A program made the translations under genes and the position numbers. From Octopus sinensis (Eukaryota), in contig NC_043001.1 of NCBI RefSeq assembly GCF_006345805.1, forward strand, positions 57,164,001-57,228,000: a stretch of DNA of 64,000 bases, given 5' to 3'. Positions 12,600-25,870 of this stretch are shown here, piece after piece. The notes under the pieces were generated by a model. It searched no databases and had not been told where the DNA came from. It saw nothing but the letters and a program-made list of their open reading frames with translations. Position 1 is the stretch's first letter; every line of letters starts with the position of its first letter.

Positions 12600-14300
12600 G
12601 AATCTACAGCAACAACAACAGCAGCAACAATACGATCAGTGGCAACAACAGCAACATTGAAAACAACAGCAGCAAGAGCAACAGCAAGAGCAACAGCAAA
12701 AAGAACCCCCCCGCTAAATCCCAACAGTTGTGGCAGCAGTAATGCGTGTGATAGACAAACATTAATCGCAGGAGAGAGAAAGTCAGTGCTACCGCTACTA
12801 TCACTGTAACAACAAACCCTAGTTATGCCAACATAGCTTCTACTAATACGCTAGAAATTATCGTTAACCGTAGTAGCTACATTCACAAAGGTAAAAACGC
12901 TAACAGTGGAAGGACAGAAAAACCGTACGTTTGCTAGCATTTCAAAAGTTTAATTTACTGTTAAGCCTCAACAGACTAAGATGGAAAGTTACACTCATGA
13001 TACCACAGTAGACCCTGCAGCGAACAGAGGGAAGAACGAAGGTGGTCAAATGAATGTTAATGAGACATAGAATTACGCGAAACTCTCCAGAACAAACTGA
13101 ACTATGCTTCGAAAGCATGTGGGGAGATATGAAGTTAGTTACAGGTGTCAGCTTGTATGGTTTTAAAGAAAGGAACTTTAACTCGGGGACCCTCATGCTG
13201 AAGCAGTTCACCAACTCACGCTAAAATCATTTTATACAGATACCAATTTACCTGCGACGGAGAATGAGGACATTGAAACTTATAGAAATACCACCAGGTG
13301 TGGTGTGCGAAATGTGTTTTGTTGAAGAACTTTAGCATATTGCCAAAAATGAAAGGGTTCCGAGAGAAATATAAGGTCGGAAAGGACAGTATCAATGTTC
13401 TAACAGAAATCTCAGGATGGTGGCAACTGCAGTTTTAGAAGAGTCGAGAAGTCAGAGATGCTTCAAATCTAGAAATACTGATTTTCTCAAGGTTTTCTGA
13501 GTCAACAATAGAATGTGACAGCTGGATGAAAGGTTCTATTACTGTTAATATTACAAAATCAACAGCGACCTCAACTGTAACAATTGCATCAACTACAACA
13601 CCAGCAGCAGTAATTGCAATACCAGCAAAAGTAACTGCAACACTAGCTGCAAGAACAGATGCAACACCTACAACAGCAATAACAGCATCGACAACAAACA
13701 CAACAAAAATACTGCAATCAACTGCCACCTTATTGACAGTAACAGAGACAATAACCACGAAAGCCCAACCCGTACAAACATCAATAAAAAGAACAACAAA
13801 CAACAATCCCACCAAAAACAGGCATCTCGTAATCCGGAAACACGAACAAATGTCCTGTGATGAAGTGTGACAAAGCATACTATAAATGGTAAAACGTGCA
13901 CAGTAGAAATGGAAGAATAAACTTATTTTACAATTTGAATGAGCCTGGGAGATGAATTTGAGCGTCGATGTACCAAGACTAACTACAACAGCATCACAAT
14001 CACTATCATCCCACACTAACAGCAAGAACACCATCCTCAACATAAAAAGAAAAAAACAATTTATCAACATGACCACGGGCAGAAACAATGAAAAAGGAGC
14101 GAATTAAATATATCAACGTACAAACATTATACGCGATAAATATACCGTAAGGACAAATAACATAGACAAACCCAGAATATGTAGAAACGTTTCAAAAACA
14201 ACAATGTTGCTGGAATACAAGGTTTCTGAAGAAATATTAACAAATCACTATAAAACACATCCTCGAGAAAGCGTTCACAATTAGCTGAAAGGAGGGTACG
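12600..14300 (+). pseudogene. Decayed LINE ORF1 (gag-like, L1/Tx1-type) with Gln- and Thr-rich low-complexity segments
   Basis: Fragments SYANIA, IPIYLRRRMRTLKLIEIPPG and VLEESRSQRCFKSRNTD (decayed V.VEGRRPxCFxC knuckle). Multiple stops and frameshifts. Confidence 0.5.
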
Positions 14301-14399
14301 TTTATCCTTCTGCACGAATAAGGTAAGTGATTCGTTTCACTTGACCCTACACAAAATGGGTAATGCAAATACATGTAGCCTGAAGTCCACTAAGAAATA

Positions 14400-14800
14400 G
14401 GGCTACAATAGTGGATGATGGAAGGGAATTTTTATCTCACGCCGATCGACATAGATATGGAGGCTATCAGTGAGGCAAGAATTTCGTCAGGCAAGTATCT
14501 TCACGTCCAATTTTGGGATCTGCGAGTTGTACGTATATACACGTCTGCCGGAAAAATGTTCTGCTTTTTTTTAAATTTATTTTTGGCGGGTGGGTGGAAG
14601 GTATGGCTCCTGCAATATAATCCATCTTCCTGTATTCAGAAAGTAAACTATTTCTGAAGGTGTGACAAGCAGCAAAGACCATGCATTTGGGTTTATGGCC
14701 CAGGAGACACAGGTTTATGTCTGCGACTAGAGATCATCGGAACGTCCGATCTTTTCCCTCATTTTCAGGGGTTGTTTCGCTGCATTGGACTGCGTCATCT
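14400..14800 (+). pseudogene. Possible decayed APE endonuclease segment of the same LINE
   Basis: ORF 14415-14657 contains DLRVVRIYTSAG..FF, resembling the RLVAVYAP...FF motif. Weak similarity. Confidence 0.35.
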
Positions 14801-15629
14801 GCTCGATCGTCAGACTAAATAGGCGCCTATCAGATTATCAATTTTGTATCTGTCGTACCCTGTACATATACTGGCTACAGAATCAATGCAGCGGAAACTA
14901 CAGACATTGAGGAGCACCCCACATGAATACGGATGTAAAAGATTTGAATCGGTATATGTGAATGAGTTACCGTAATAATGTCCCACTGTAGGGAAATAAT
15001 ATGTTATAGGAACCAAAATTAGTGCGGAATAGTATTGCCAGTACAAGGTATAAACTCTACAGGCATTGAATTGTCGTCAACTTTGTTTGTATGAGATGCA
15101 TTTGAACGGCGAAACTGTTCTGTAGCTACTCGTCCTTTGCCAGAGCAGTGATCGAGTGCCTGTAGAACCTGTTCACGTAGGATGATATAATTTCACTATC
15201 TTGTGGCGTTTGGTAGGACAGATCCTGTTAGTCGTTCAGTCCATGATCAGTCAAGGCTGTCAATCTACTTTGGCCGCAACGGCTAAACACTTTTATCTCT
15301 TTGGTGGTTATGGCAAAGGACGTTATATGGTGGACAAGATTGAAATGATTAAATACAGATACATTAGCTTCTGGCCCAGCCCTCATAATCCTTTTAAAGT
15401 TTCACATGAAAAAGGTGGGGAGAGAAGCGCTATATTCCCTCAAATCTTCGCATAAATTTTTGACTGTGATGCCTTTGATTTTGTGTGACGTGTGTTGACT
15501 AATAAATTAATCAGTAGCATTTTTATGTTTATTATTTTGGCTTGATTTGCCTTAAGTTCGGTTGTATTCCTGGTAGGATTAATGTGGGCGCGGGTTACCA
15601 CCTGTAACCTTAAGGATCCTTAAGATTTC

Positions 15630-15855
15630 AGCTGCCTTTCAAGTGCTCAGAACCCCCTGATAGTTCTTACTGTCCGTAAGAGACAAACTTTCTGTAGGAA
15701 CTCTCCTTCCAATCTCTTTCAGCCATTTTGTCTATAACTTTGCGTACTATTCCCAACGTATCAATTGTTTTAGACACGAACTTAACTGTTCTAATGCACC
15801 AAATTCTTTTTATTTCGAATTTTAAGGAATTGTACTTTTTCTTTTTCGTCCTCTA
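15630..15855 (-). mobile_element. R4/Dong-clade (RLE) retrotransposon 3' fragment
   Basis: Minus strand EDEKEKVQFLK.EIKRIWCIRTVK...LGIV...LQKVCLLRTVR resembles the R4/Dong C-terminus K..KY..L..EI.RLW....VVP..VGALG...LQK..LLGT.RI. Confidence 0.7.
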
Positions 15856-15856
15856 A

Positions 15857-15857
<1 letters not shown>

Positions 15858-15945
<88 letters not shown>

Positions 15946-15955
15946 ATCATTATTA

Positions 15956-16013
<58 letters not shown>
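15858..16013. repeat. (TTA)n tract between R4/Dong fragments
   Basis: Direct reading. Confidence 0.95.
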
Positions 16014-16320
16014 GCCTTTGCACAGCTTCTAACACTGGCGATGTACTACAGCGTCAGCTGTTCACTACCAGTGAACTAAGGTAACACCTCTTATTTTTCG
16101 AGCACCTTCCGGAGTATTCGAGCGGTTCCAGCAGTGCTGCAAGTGCTCCACTCTTTATTGCAGCCCCTATTTGTTCCACGTATATCTCGAGAGTTTTTCT
16201 CTCTGTTTCCAGGGCTCCGACAATTATTGGTACTACTGCAACCATTTTCATCGACCACAACTGCTTAAATTCCCAAGTTAAACCGTCATATCTCTCGACT
16301 TTTCTTTCTTCCTTATCGCA
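16014..16320 (-). mobile_element. R4/Dong-clade (RLE) retrotransposon 3' fragment with 3' UTR running into (AAT)n
   Basis: ORF 16054-16260: WSMKMVAVVPIIVGALETERKTLEIYVEQIGAAIK. Confidence 0.8.
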
Positions 16321-16373
16321 TACCTTGTTGTCAGCTGGGCATGCTATGGCTATGATCCAGCAAAAAATGGTAG

Positions 16374-16442
<69 letters not shown>

Positions 16443-16462
16443 TTTATTATTTTTATTATTAT

Positions 16463-17240
16463 CATCTCAAGTTTTGTTGGAAATCCTGGAGCCTTGCATG
16501 CGTAACGGGCTTGCTATTTGAAGCCACCCCATCTATTCTTTTCAATTATCTATTGCTTTCTGACTATTCTTGCCGTGATATGGGGGCAAGCGTTGTGTAA
16601 TATAATAAAGTGTTCAACAAGGTATTATATTCTGATTTTCTTTATTTTCTTGATGCCTTCTGATACTGTCCCCAAGGACATAACATAAAATTGGCACAAT
16701 CTTCACTTCTTCATTTTCCATAGCTAGGCTCTTTCATACATAAGAGGACTGGACATGTCTAATTTTTCACCTTCCTTCTTGACTAATCGTGGGTCAAAGG
16801 GGCGCGAAACAACAATTATAGAGGTTCACTTTGTCCATACCCACTAGGTCCAGCTTGTCCTCCGGCACCCACGCTGTTTGGACTGGGAAATCCCAGAGGA
16901 TTTTGCAAGTCTCCGACTTTGCTATTCTCAGTGGTTTATGTTTATACCACGTATTGCTTCTCTCTAGACTCTACTCGCATTGTTTCCATTGTAGTACTTT
17001 CACTACCTCATCGTGTCGCCACAATCTATGATGGTTTGGAGCATTCATTCACGATATGTACGTAGCCTTCCGCACTTAGTTCTCTTCTTACATTTCCTCT
17101 CGTCATGTATAGACGATCTGTGCCTGCACAAGGAAGATGTGCTCCTTGCACTGTTGCAAGCTCTCTTGTCTTCCTATCCAGCTTCTTTGAATGCTTTATA
17201 TTTTTTATGGTTATTGGTGCTACCTTGTTCATGGTTAGTG
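16463..17240 (-). mobile_element. R4/Dong-clade fragment: RT C-terminal region plus RLE endonuclease
   Basis: LDRKTRELATVQGAHLPCAGTDRLYMTRGNVRRELSAEGYV and SETCKILWDFPVQT...DKLDLVGMDK (ILWDF..QTD....RPD motif). Ends in a (GAT/AAT)n tail. Confidence 0.8.
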
Positions 17241-17390
17241 TAGTGTAGTATCTGACAAGCACATTTGTAGTACTGAGCAGAATATTTGCTGTAGCCCATT
17301 TTTTACACCAAGACATGAACATTATAACACTTCCAATCAGTTACGATGAGTGCCACTACCTGATATTGCATCACGGCATTTATCATCATC
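17240..17390. mobile_element. Partial copy of the ~560-nt non-coding (TTA)n-flanked element, fused to the R4/Dong fragment
   Basis: Shares ctgacaagca...gagcagaatatttgctgtagcccat...accaagac...ataacactt.caatcagtta with 17886-18030. Confidence 0.8.
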
Positions 17391-17400
17391 ATCATCATCA

Positions 17401-17469
<69 letters not shown>

Positions 17470-17472
17470 TTA

Positions 17473-18028
17473 TCGAGTGAGAGAGCAGTGCATGCCATCA
17501 AAGTGGCACTGGGGTAAAATATACAAAGCCCAGTATACCCATCATGACTACCTGTCTGATAAGGGTACGCTAGGCACATGCATCACAACTGTATGTGCGC
17601 GACATGGTGATCTCATATTAAGATAAACAAGGCATGACCTTGCAGGTGGGGCCCAGTTAGAATTTTCTTCTGGTCGAGTAACCCATCCTGTTCAAAAGGT
17701 CCCTAATAAGGGTTGTTTAAGGATGTTGAACGAAACACACATGTTTCCAGAGGTGAACTATTCAAACCACAAAGAATCCCTCTCAATACATGGCTATGAC
17801 GCTCCCCCACTACTCCTGCTCATGATCAGAGATGCACATATCGTCAGCTGCTAAGGGACATGCTCAATTGGTTAAGGTCAAATAACTGACAAGCAAATCT
17901 GTGGTATTGAGCAGAATATTTGCTGTAGCCCATCTTTTATACCAAGACAAAACAATGTACATGATAACACTTACAATCAGTTAAGATGAGAAACCATGAA
18001 AGCCACTATCTGGTACTGCATCAGGGTA

Positions 18029-18030
<2 letters not shown>
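17473..18030. mobile_element. ~560-nt non-coding interspersed element bracketed by (TTA)n tracts
   Basis: Sharp boundaries against (TTA)n on both sides, a second partial copy at 17240-17390, and no long ORF. Confidence 0.7.
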
Positions 18031-18103
<73 letters not shown>

Positions 18104-18149
18104 CATCATCATCATCATCATCAACAGATTAGCTTCCCTGCGGATGAAA

Positions 18150-18320
18150 TGTCAACCAGTATTTATTCCCTCCCGCCGTTGTGAGTTCAAATCCCACTGG
18201 TGTCGACATAGCTTTTTCTCTTTTCAGGAGTTGATGAACTAATTACAGTGGTGAAGATTAAATCGACCAACTTCCTCTCCCAAAATCTCAGGCCTTGTGC
18301 CTGTAGCTGAAATGCTTAAT
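18150..18320 (+). mobile_element. Second tRNA-SINE family, degenerate
   Basis: B-box gtgagttcaaatccc followed by gtcgac.tagc.ttt..c.tttc.ggagttgat and a tail aaatctcaggccttgtgcct. Confidence 0.6.
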
Positions 18321-19030
18321 GTTAATAGTTTTGACTTTTGTTCTTGAGTAGTGTTATTTTTTAGTTTTAAGATTTATGATCTTGCCATGTCGTATTAAGA
18401 ATTTTCTGCTGAAAAGATTGAGAATGAGAAGGGAGATAGTGAAAGTTCCTATATCCCACTCTTTCTTTTCCCACTCACGTATAACAAGGTATTTAGCAAC
18501 TTGTTAAAAAAAAAAATGATAATAATAATAATCCCTGAAGAATTTTTAGATAAATTACGTGTTCACATTTGTGTTCATGTGAATGTATGTTTGTGTATGA
18601 AATCGCCATGTCTTTATGGCTATATTTAGAAATGAGGTGAAGACTCCAGAAGAATGAATGAAAATATCACCCTTGCAAACTCTGGGCGACTCAAATATGT
18701 AACCTATCTAATTAAAAAAAAGACATAATATATAAAAAAAAATTTAAATGAAGATTATGACAATTTCGCGGCGAAGCCTGCCTACCTTTCTCATTTTTTT
18801 TACACCAAGAACGATGCCAAGAAAAGGAAGACAATCAATAATCTCCATAATTACCCCAAAACTATGCCAAGTTGGTTTCTCACCGTTTGCATGTAAAAAT
18901 GTTAAAGATGGAGAGATTTTAGCTAAAAATGAAGTTGCAAGCCATTTATGTACATATAAGTGTGAATATTACACTCACACGAACACGCGCACGCACACAT
19001 ACACACCCATACGCACGCACGCACACATGC

Positions 19031-19061
<31 letters not shown>

Positions 19062-20694
19062 AACACACACACATACATATCTATATAAATGCACACCCTC
19101 CACACACATACACGCATACACACTGAAGCAGACACACACACAATTGTATAGGAGATAAATTAATAAAAAAAAGCATATATGCTTATTCGAGTGATTCGTA
19201 TTTATGAATGCAAATACAAGGATGCATATTTGTATAGATCAAGTACTTACAGATTTTCAGACTGTTGCGCACAACGCATATATAAGCACGCGAATACACT
19301 CACACGCACACGCATACGCACACACACACATACACTCACGCGCACATACGTACACACATATACACACATAGACACACACTCACACACACATACACACACA
19401 CAGAAACATACACATACATTCAAAATTACACTAACTTAGACACTCATATACATATGCGAACATACAGACACTCGCAGAAGATATATACTAATTCAAGTCT
19501 TGAAACACGTAGACGCTTACACTTAAGGATCCTAACATATGACTAAATATATTCATATCGTACAAGCACACATTTATACTGATTTACATAAAAGTATACA
19601 CAATGAGGCGCACACGTATATGTACAGACTTATTTGATTGAGACAACTCCGATGCAGTCACGTAAAATCATACACATGCGCACGCACTGCGACTAATCAT
19701 ACCAATGAATTTACGCATTCAGAAAATGACACATACCTCCATCTTTGCACACGATGACCCTCATATACATACACTCTCATGTCTGCACAAGCACACATTT
19801 AGACTATATGTCTTTTCCTCATTTCTTCTCTCTCTCTTTTTCTCTCTCTTTCTCTCACTCCTCCCTTTCACTCAGTGTATCTAAATTCTTCTGAAATGGC
19901 TCCAGAAAACTATTTACTCTATCTGAAATTGAAATTAAAAGGTTACTTCTGTAACATTCCTAACACTGTGGCTGTCAGGAATTAAATGCCATTACAAGAG
20001 AGGAGACTTTCGAAGAATGCTTGATTTTTTTTTCTATTTTATATATTTGTTTGCTTTTGTTTTATTCAGTTTTGCCCAAAATCTAATACAGAAGTTATAA
20101 TTAGTAAGTTCCAGATTATTTTAAGAGAAATTCCTCACGTGTTTGGTGCTGTTGTTGTCGGTGTTGCTATTCGTTGTCGCTGTCGTTGCCATTGTTTTTG
20201 ATGTTGCTCTGGTTGGTTTGATCAGTCTGGCCGAGCAGACTATGCCCAACTTCTCTGAGGAGATGATCCGCCTGTATTAGTAAGGAAATAAGTTATAATT
20301 ATTAAATTATCCTTTATAATTAGCTTCTTTATGTGCTTTTCGGGGCTGTTTCTTTGCTATGTCTAGCAGTTCCAGCGACCAGGTAAAATTCTCCTGTATT
20401 GGCTCCGTATTGATGATGTTGTGGTGCTTTTGTAACTATATAATAATATTTATTATTAAAAGTATTTGACTCTCTTTGACATAACCAAGTCATATTCTAG
20501 GTATACTTGCCCAAAATCTACTAAAACAATAACACTCCCACACATACACTCACATACACTCACATATAGATACAAATAGGCACATACACAAACGTTTGAA
20601 TATACTGTCGTACATACACACACATGTATATACACATATATGCATATATACATATATATATACATAAATAAATACATACACACACACACACACT

Positions 20695-20725
<31 letters not shown>

Positions 20726-20884
20726 GTATATGTATAAGCTTGTACATATGCATGTAAGTTTCGTATAAAGATATTTCAAAAATGTATTCTCTGCATAAGC
20801 ATACCCACAAGTCCAAACCAAACACACATTTGCACATGCACACACATTCACATTCGCACACATACATACACATCGCACACCCCA

Positions 20885-20922
<38 letters not shown>

Positions 20923-23099
20923 ATCTTCTTTCTTTCTAAAACTATTTCAGGAAAGAAACGTGCGGAGCGTGATGTAGATGTAATTATACTTTAGACACGT
21001 ATACAATGAAAAACATATCATGATTTAATGCTCGTATTCCGGTGAATATAAATCCAAGAAGAATTCACCTTCGACCCCTCGTATCCACCTATTGTTTATA
21101 TCCAACCAGATACCGAGAAGAAACCAGGGTTTGGGTTTATCAGTAACTGAAACATAAATTCTCATACACCTGCGTGTGTTTGTGTGTATGTACGCGCTCG
21201 CAGACGTACGTACAAATACGTGTATGTGTACACACAGACACATACGTACATATACGTGTATGTGCACACACACGCACACACACAGAGACATATATCAAGA
21301 ACGAAAAAGGGAACACTTTATCGATGTACACATAATCTGTCTCTCATAAAGCCACACATTCACTCGCGCACATATATAGTCATGTGGCTTAGACCATTTT
21401 ATTACTAAAATCATCCTTTTCCACTGATAAATCTCTTAAATATGCCAGTTGGTCAAAACATGTATTGATCATTCCCATTCTTCTATAGATGTAATACACT
21501 AGTTGTCAAGGCAGCTAAGATGTTTTTCTTCTTTTTTAGTATGCTTCATGCGGAGAAAGGTGATATTCCCATGAATTTCGAATTCGCTCTGAGACCGGCA
21601 ATATCGAAACGAATAATATTCCATTAAGGATTTTCAATTCGTCTGTAGAAAAGTATAAATAAACATGTACAGTTAGAAAATTCCAGAATAGTATAATCTG
21701 TAGAGGAAGATTTTGTATTAATCACTTCGGTGTCTGGGGTTGGTGACAGGATGAGCAACTTCAGCTAGTAGGAAATACTTGATCAGAAGTAAAACGAAAT
21801 CGGTTATCTCCTTGGAGCAAGATGATACTCTACCAGAGAGCGAGATGGTTAATCACTTCTATTGTGATTCTATCCTTGTACAATTGCGGGGGTGGGGTGG
21901 GAACAATTACCATGATTAAGTATATTTCCGTGATATCTGTTCATGGATTGCATCTGAAAGAGGTGTAGAGAGAGAGAGAAACAACAGACCAATAAAGGGA
22001 GGTGTTACTTGGATAAGTATAGAAAGAATTGTAGACAACGAGACATACGTTGTTCTTGATTTAAAAGAAGAGTGTATATATGTGTGGTGAGGGACCTTCA
22101 TTGTGTATCGCACTAGATTTGATAGAGATTCGAGTAACACAGGATAAAATGATAGGTTCTGGAAGAAGCTGCTGGCCCATAAGATGAAAGACGGATAGTA
22201 CTCGAGTCACCGTTTTCCTGCTTATATGATTGTCTGTTAAAAACGCAAGTGTTAACGATATTGAGGGTATCAACAGTGTGTTTATGAATTTCTGGAGAAT
22301 TTCGTAAACATACTCTTTTGATTGCCATTGTAGATTTGGCATAGAGCTGATTATACGAAAGTCGTAATGCCAGTTACTAAGTAGTGAAGGAATTTCGATG
22401 ATGGAGACGGTTGATGTTATTGATTATCCCCCTCAACTTTCAGATGTTTCAAATGGAAGTGATAAAACAAAATAGCTTTTTTTGATAAGGTCATAAAGAT
22501 TGCTCTTCTCAGGAATTCGGATACGTTATGGTATATTTCCAGGTCTCATGATAAATCTCAACAGAACGAAAGAGAAATACATGGAAAGAGAAAGAGAGGG
22601 AGAGAGGGAGAGAGAGAGAGACAAAGAGAGGTGAGTACGAGCCTATATCTGGGAAGTTCAGTTGGATGGTTGGGTGGTAATGAGATGGCTATTGGCAGAC
22701 CCAATGCCGTCATTTCACATATGGCTTATATGTTTGTGTAGTAGTAAATTAGAATGCGTGTAGAGTGTTTTGATGAGGGTTTACGCATTATCTGCAATGT
22801 GGAGTTAGATACAAGGCAAGGGCCAAATGTGGAAACGTTCTGCGCGGTGGTACTGTTTACAAAAACATCCCTTGAAAGGTGGATTACACAATGAAGACAG
22901 AGCTGCTTGGTAGACAAGGAAAGGTAGAATTGTGGATAGTGGGAAGACTGCAGTACATGCAGACAGGCTTGAGAAATCGAATGATGAGCTTACATTAAAT
23001 GAAAAATGGGGACAATTGATTGATTTTTCTTATTAACTTTTGTCCGTGTGTACAGGTATCCAAGTATTAGAATTTAAGTTTTATTTTGAGCTGTTTGCA

Positions 23100-25870
23100 G
23101 TAATGGCATTCCATTCACTGATGCATAATTCCCTTTTCCCACAGCGTTGTGCACCGAGCATTCGGGGACTCCACTCACACTTCATCTACCACTTGTAGGA
23201 TCGTGACCCCTTCGACCTCTTATTGCTGCAACACCACGTTCGGGTGTCTCCATTTGTCCATTGCGGAACTGACCCTTGGGTTTGCCCTACCCCAGATGAC
23301 TGCCTCCATGTAAGAGATTCCTCCCCTCGCAGCCATTGCTTTGAGGGTACGATGGCGCCGTTCCAAAATCCCGTTTCAACCAGACCTGTATGCAGGCCTG
23401 AATAAGCGTCTTATACTCCTCAGTTCGAGCATCTCCCTCAGCTGCTCTGAGCGAAAACATTTTGCTATTGTCCAACAGTAGCTTTCAGAGAACATTGCAT
23501 TCATCACTTACACGATTTCGGCAGCAGTCTTCACCCTGGTCTCTCTCAAAATAGTCATCCGCCCTGGCCCACCGTCGAATATTGAGAGGTATACCCTTCT
23601 TCGATAGTGCGTCATGTATGGTCTTGCTGCTTCTAGGCTTCCTCCACCCGAAATTTACCTTTTTTCGTATTCACTCGGTGTAGGGTCGATGGATTGTCCC
23701 CACTACATTCCGAACACTCTCCCTGGTGACATCGGAGACGAACGTCTTAAGCTAAAATAACATCTTATCAACTCCAGTCTGATGCGTGTTGTGCATCTCT
23801 CAATTCTGTGCCCTCCAGCCGACAAACTGCAGCTACTTCACTCAGAATTTCTTCTGCTCTTTTCAACCAGAGTATTTTTTTACTCTGATTAGAACGTCCG
23901 CTTTATTTTTTTCTGAGGGCACGAATAGTACATGCAACTCCAGGCCGAACTCAGCGGCTAACTCCCTCGCTTAATCACCATCTCGGCCAATCATCTAGTT
24001 GGTGATCATTTTTGAGCAAATCGTCTTCTAGTTGGTGATCACTGATACCACCCATCCACGAACCGTGACAGAATCAATCCGAATCTCGAAGGTCGCAGTC
24101 CTGATCTCAGGCGTGTTTATGCACGCCCTTTAATACATCATCCGGTTCAGCTACATTGATGTGGTTGTAGTCGTCCTTCTTCCCGAGCCACATCGCATCT
24201 TCCACCTCAAAACCACGTATTTCCAGAATGACACCCAACGCTATACTGCTCGCGCCACACCGCACAATCCCAATTTTGTATCAGGAACATGCCAGCTGTT
24301 CTTCATTGGATCTTTCGCTCGCACTCTCCATGACATCTCGCGTCATCACATTTGCCTTCTCTCCCATTTTATCACTCCAGCTCACTCCTTTTGCTCACAT
24401 TTTGATATAGCTACATGTCATCCTGGGTCGTCTTGCAACAGGGTAGTGATCCACCAGATTGTCACATGAAGCACAACACTGGCCTATTCATATCCTGATT
24501 TAGGCTCGTTTCCTCTGCGAAACACATACCTACCCGCTTTATCCTTATCGAGCCAAAGCGCCATACCTTCTTCTAGAGCCTCTGGCTGCTTTGTCACTAA
24601 TCTGAACTTCCTAGAATTATTCACGATTTCCACTGTCAATGCCACGCTCTCATCTACCAGGATGTCATCAATGTATGAATTTCCAAAACTGCTTTGAGGA
24701 TCTTCACCATGAGCTTTATTGAAATCAGGCCGAAGCCCAGTCGAGTTAGGCAGTATGTTTTTCCCTTTTACCTCTCTAGTTGGCACACCCACAAATTCTC
24801 GGACACGTGTGGCTGCAGATAAGTTGACTTGAGGTTGACGATCGTAGTTGCCGCTGCCAATCACCTAGCTTCCCGTAAGGTTTCCTCACACACATCCGCT
24901 ACCTTGCAGTCCATATGACAGGACACGTGCTCATTTAACTCCCTAAAGTCCAGCACCAGTCGGTCCTTCTTCATTGTCGGCTCAACTACAGCCATCAACA
25001 CCGCTCATCGCCTCTTCTCTCCATGGTATCAAAATTCATCGCTCTATCCATTTGTTCCTCTCTCTCTCAAACCCGAACCTGGTTTCTCCTTTCAAGGTGT
25101 GCCTTTAGTACGGGACTGGGTGGGATGTTCTTTCCAATATTACTCCTACGTCCATCTTTCACCGTCGAGCACTCAACATGGGAGAGAGAGGGGATACCAT
25201 AGGCACAACTGAAGATGAAGACTTCCGTGCTGTCACACCTACAGCCTTCTTCCTCCGTTCCTCGCTCATAGCACGCAGCGCACCGATCACCAAATGTTAC
25301 TCCTGCTTTGTCACTCCACCCAAACGTTTGATCGACGCCGTCCACCACCTCATCAACTACAGTCACATGTAGCTTCAACACTGACTCCTATATCTCCAGT
25401 CCCACTTCACTGCCTTCTACCCCACTGGGGTTGATGTTTCCTCTCCAGCTCTCGACCATTCTTGTGTTTTCCTCACCACAAGGGATCGTGCTTCCCTCAC
25501 CACGTCCCCAGAAACGTCATTACAGGCAACGATATGTAGTGCGCCTTCAATTTGTCGTGGTGATGATGGGGTCGTGGGTGGTTTAACTAGCGGCACTGCA
25601 ATTCCCCTCTCCGTGTTTCCTTGCTTGCTATAGTTTCCTACGTGCCCAGGCTGGGCACATCGGTAATACACCACCATTGGTTTTTGTTCTGTACATTCCC
25701 TCGCCATGTGCGTAACGCAGCATCTAAAATATTGTCCCTTTGCCGTTTGTCTCACCATACTCTTGTTGCCACTGTTCGCCGCCGATCTGCTCTCACTGCT
25801 ACCGATAAGTCGTGTGCGTTGTTTTGCGTCAACCCTCACGTCTTATCTAATACTTCTCCCACCGACATCG
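23100..25870 (-). mobile_element. Decayed, internally deleted Ty3/Gypsy LTR-retrotransposon internal region (gag-RT-IN)
   Basis: Minus strand: tandem gag knuckles YFRCCVTHMARECTEQKPMVVYYRCAQPGHV, RT SYIDDIL at about 24659-24675, and integrase APSYPQSNG, in Gypsy order. No LTRs recognised. Confidence 0.8.

Noticed and set aside
13435-14088. 217-aa hydrophobic minus-strand ORF resembling a membrane protein
   Set aside because: Antisense shadow of the ACA/GCA-rich Thr/Ala stretch on the + strand.
14770-14820. CTGACGA...GAAAC on minus strand
   Set aside because: No closing helix II pair and no UH or palindromic helix III.
15201-15455. ORF containing FYLFGGYGKG (Kelch-like motif)
   Set aside because: Single short motif, no repeat periodicity or splice support, located inside LINE debris.
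21550-22450. Possible exons or ORFs (minus-strand acceptor near 21655; ORF 22061-22342)
   Set aside because: No recognisable homology, stops in candidate frames, no matching donor.
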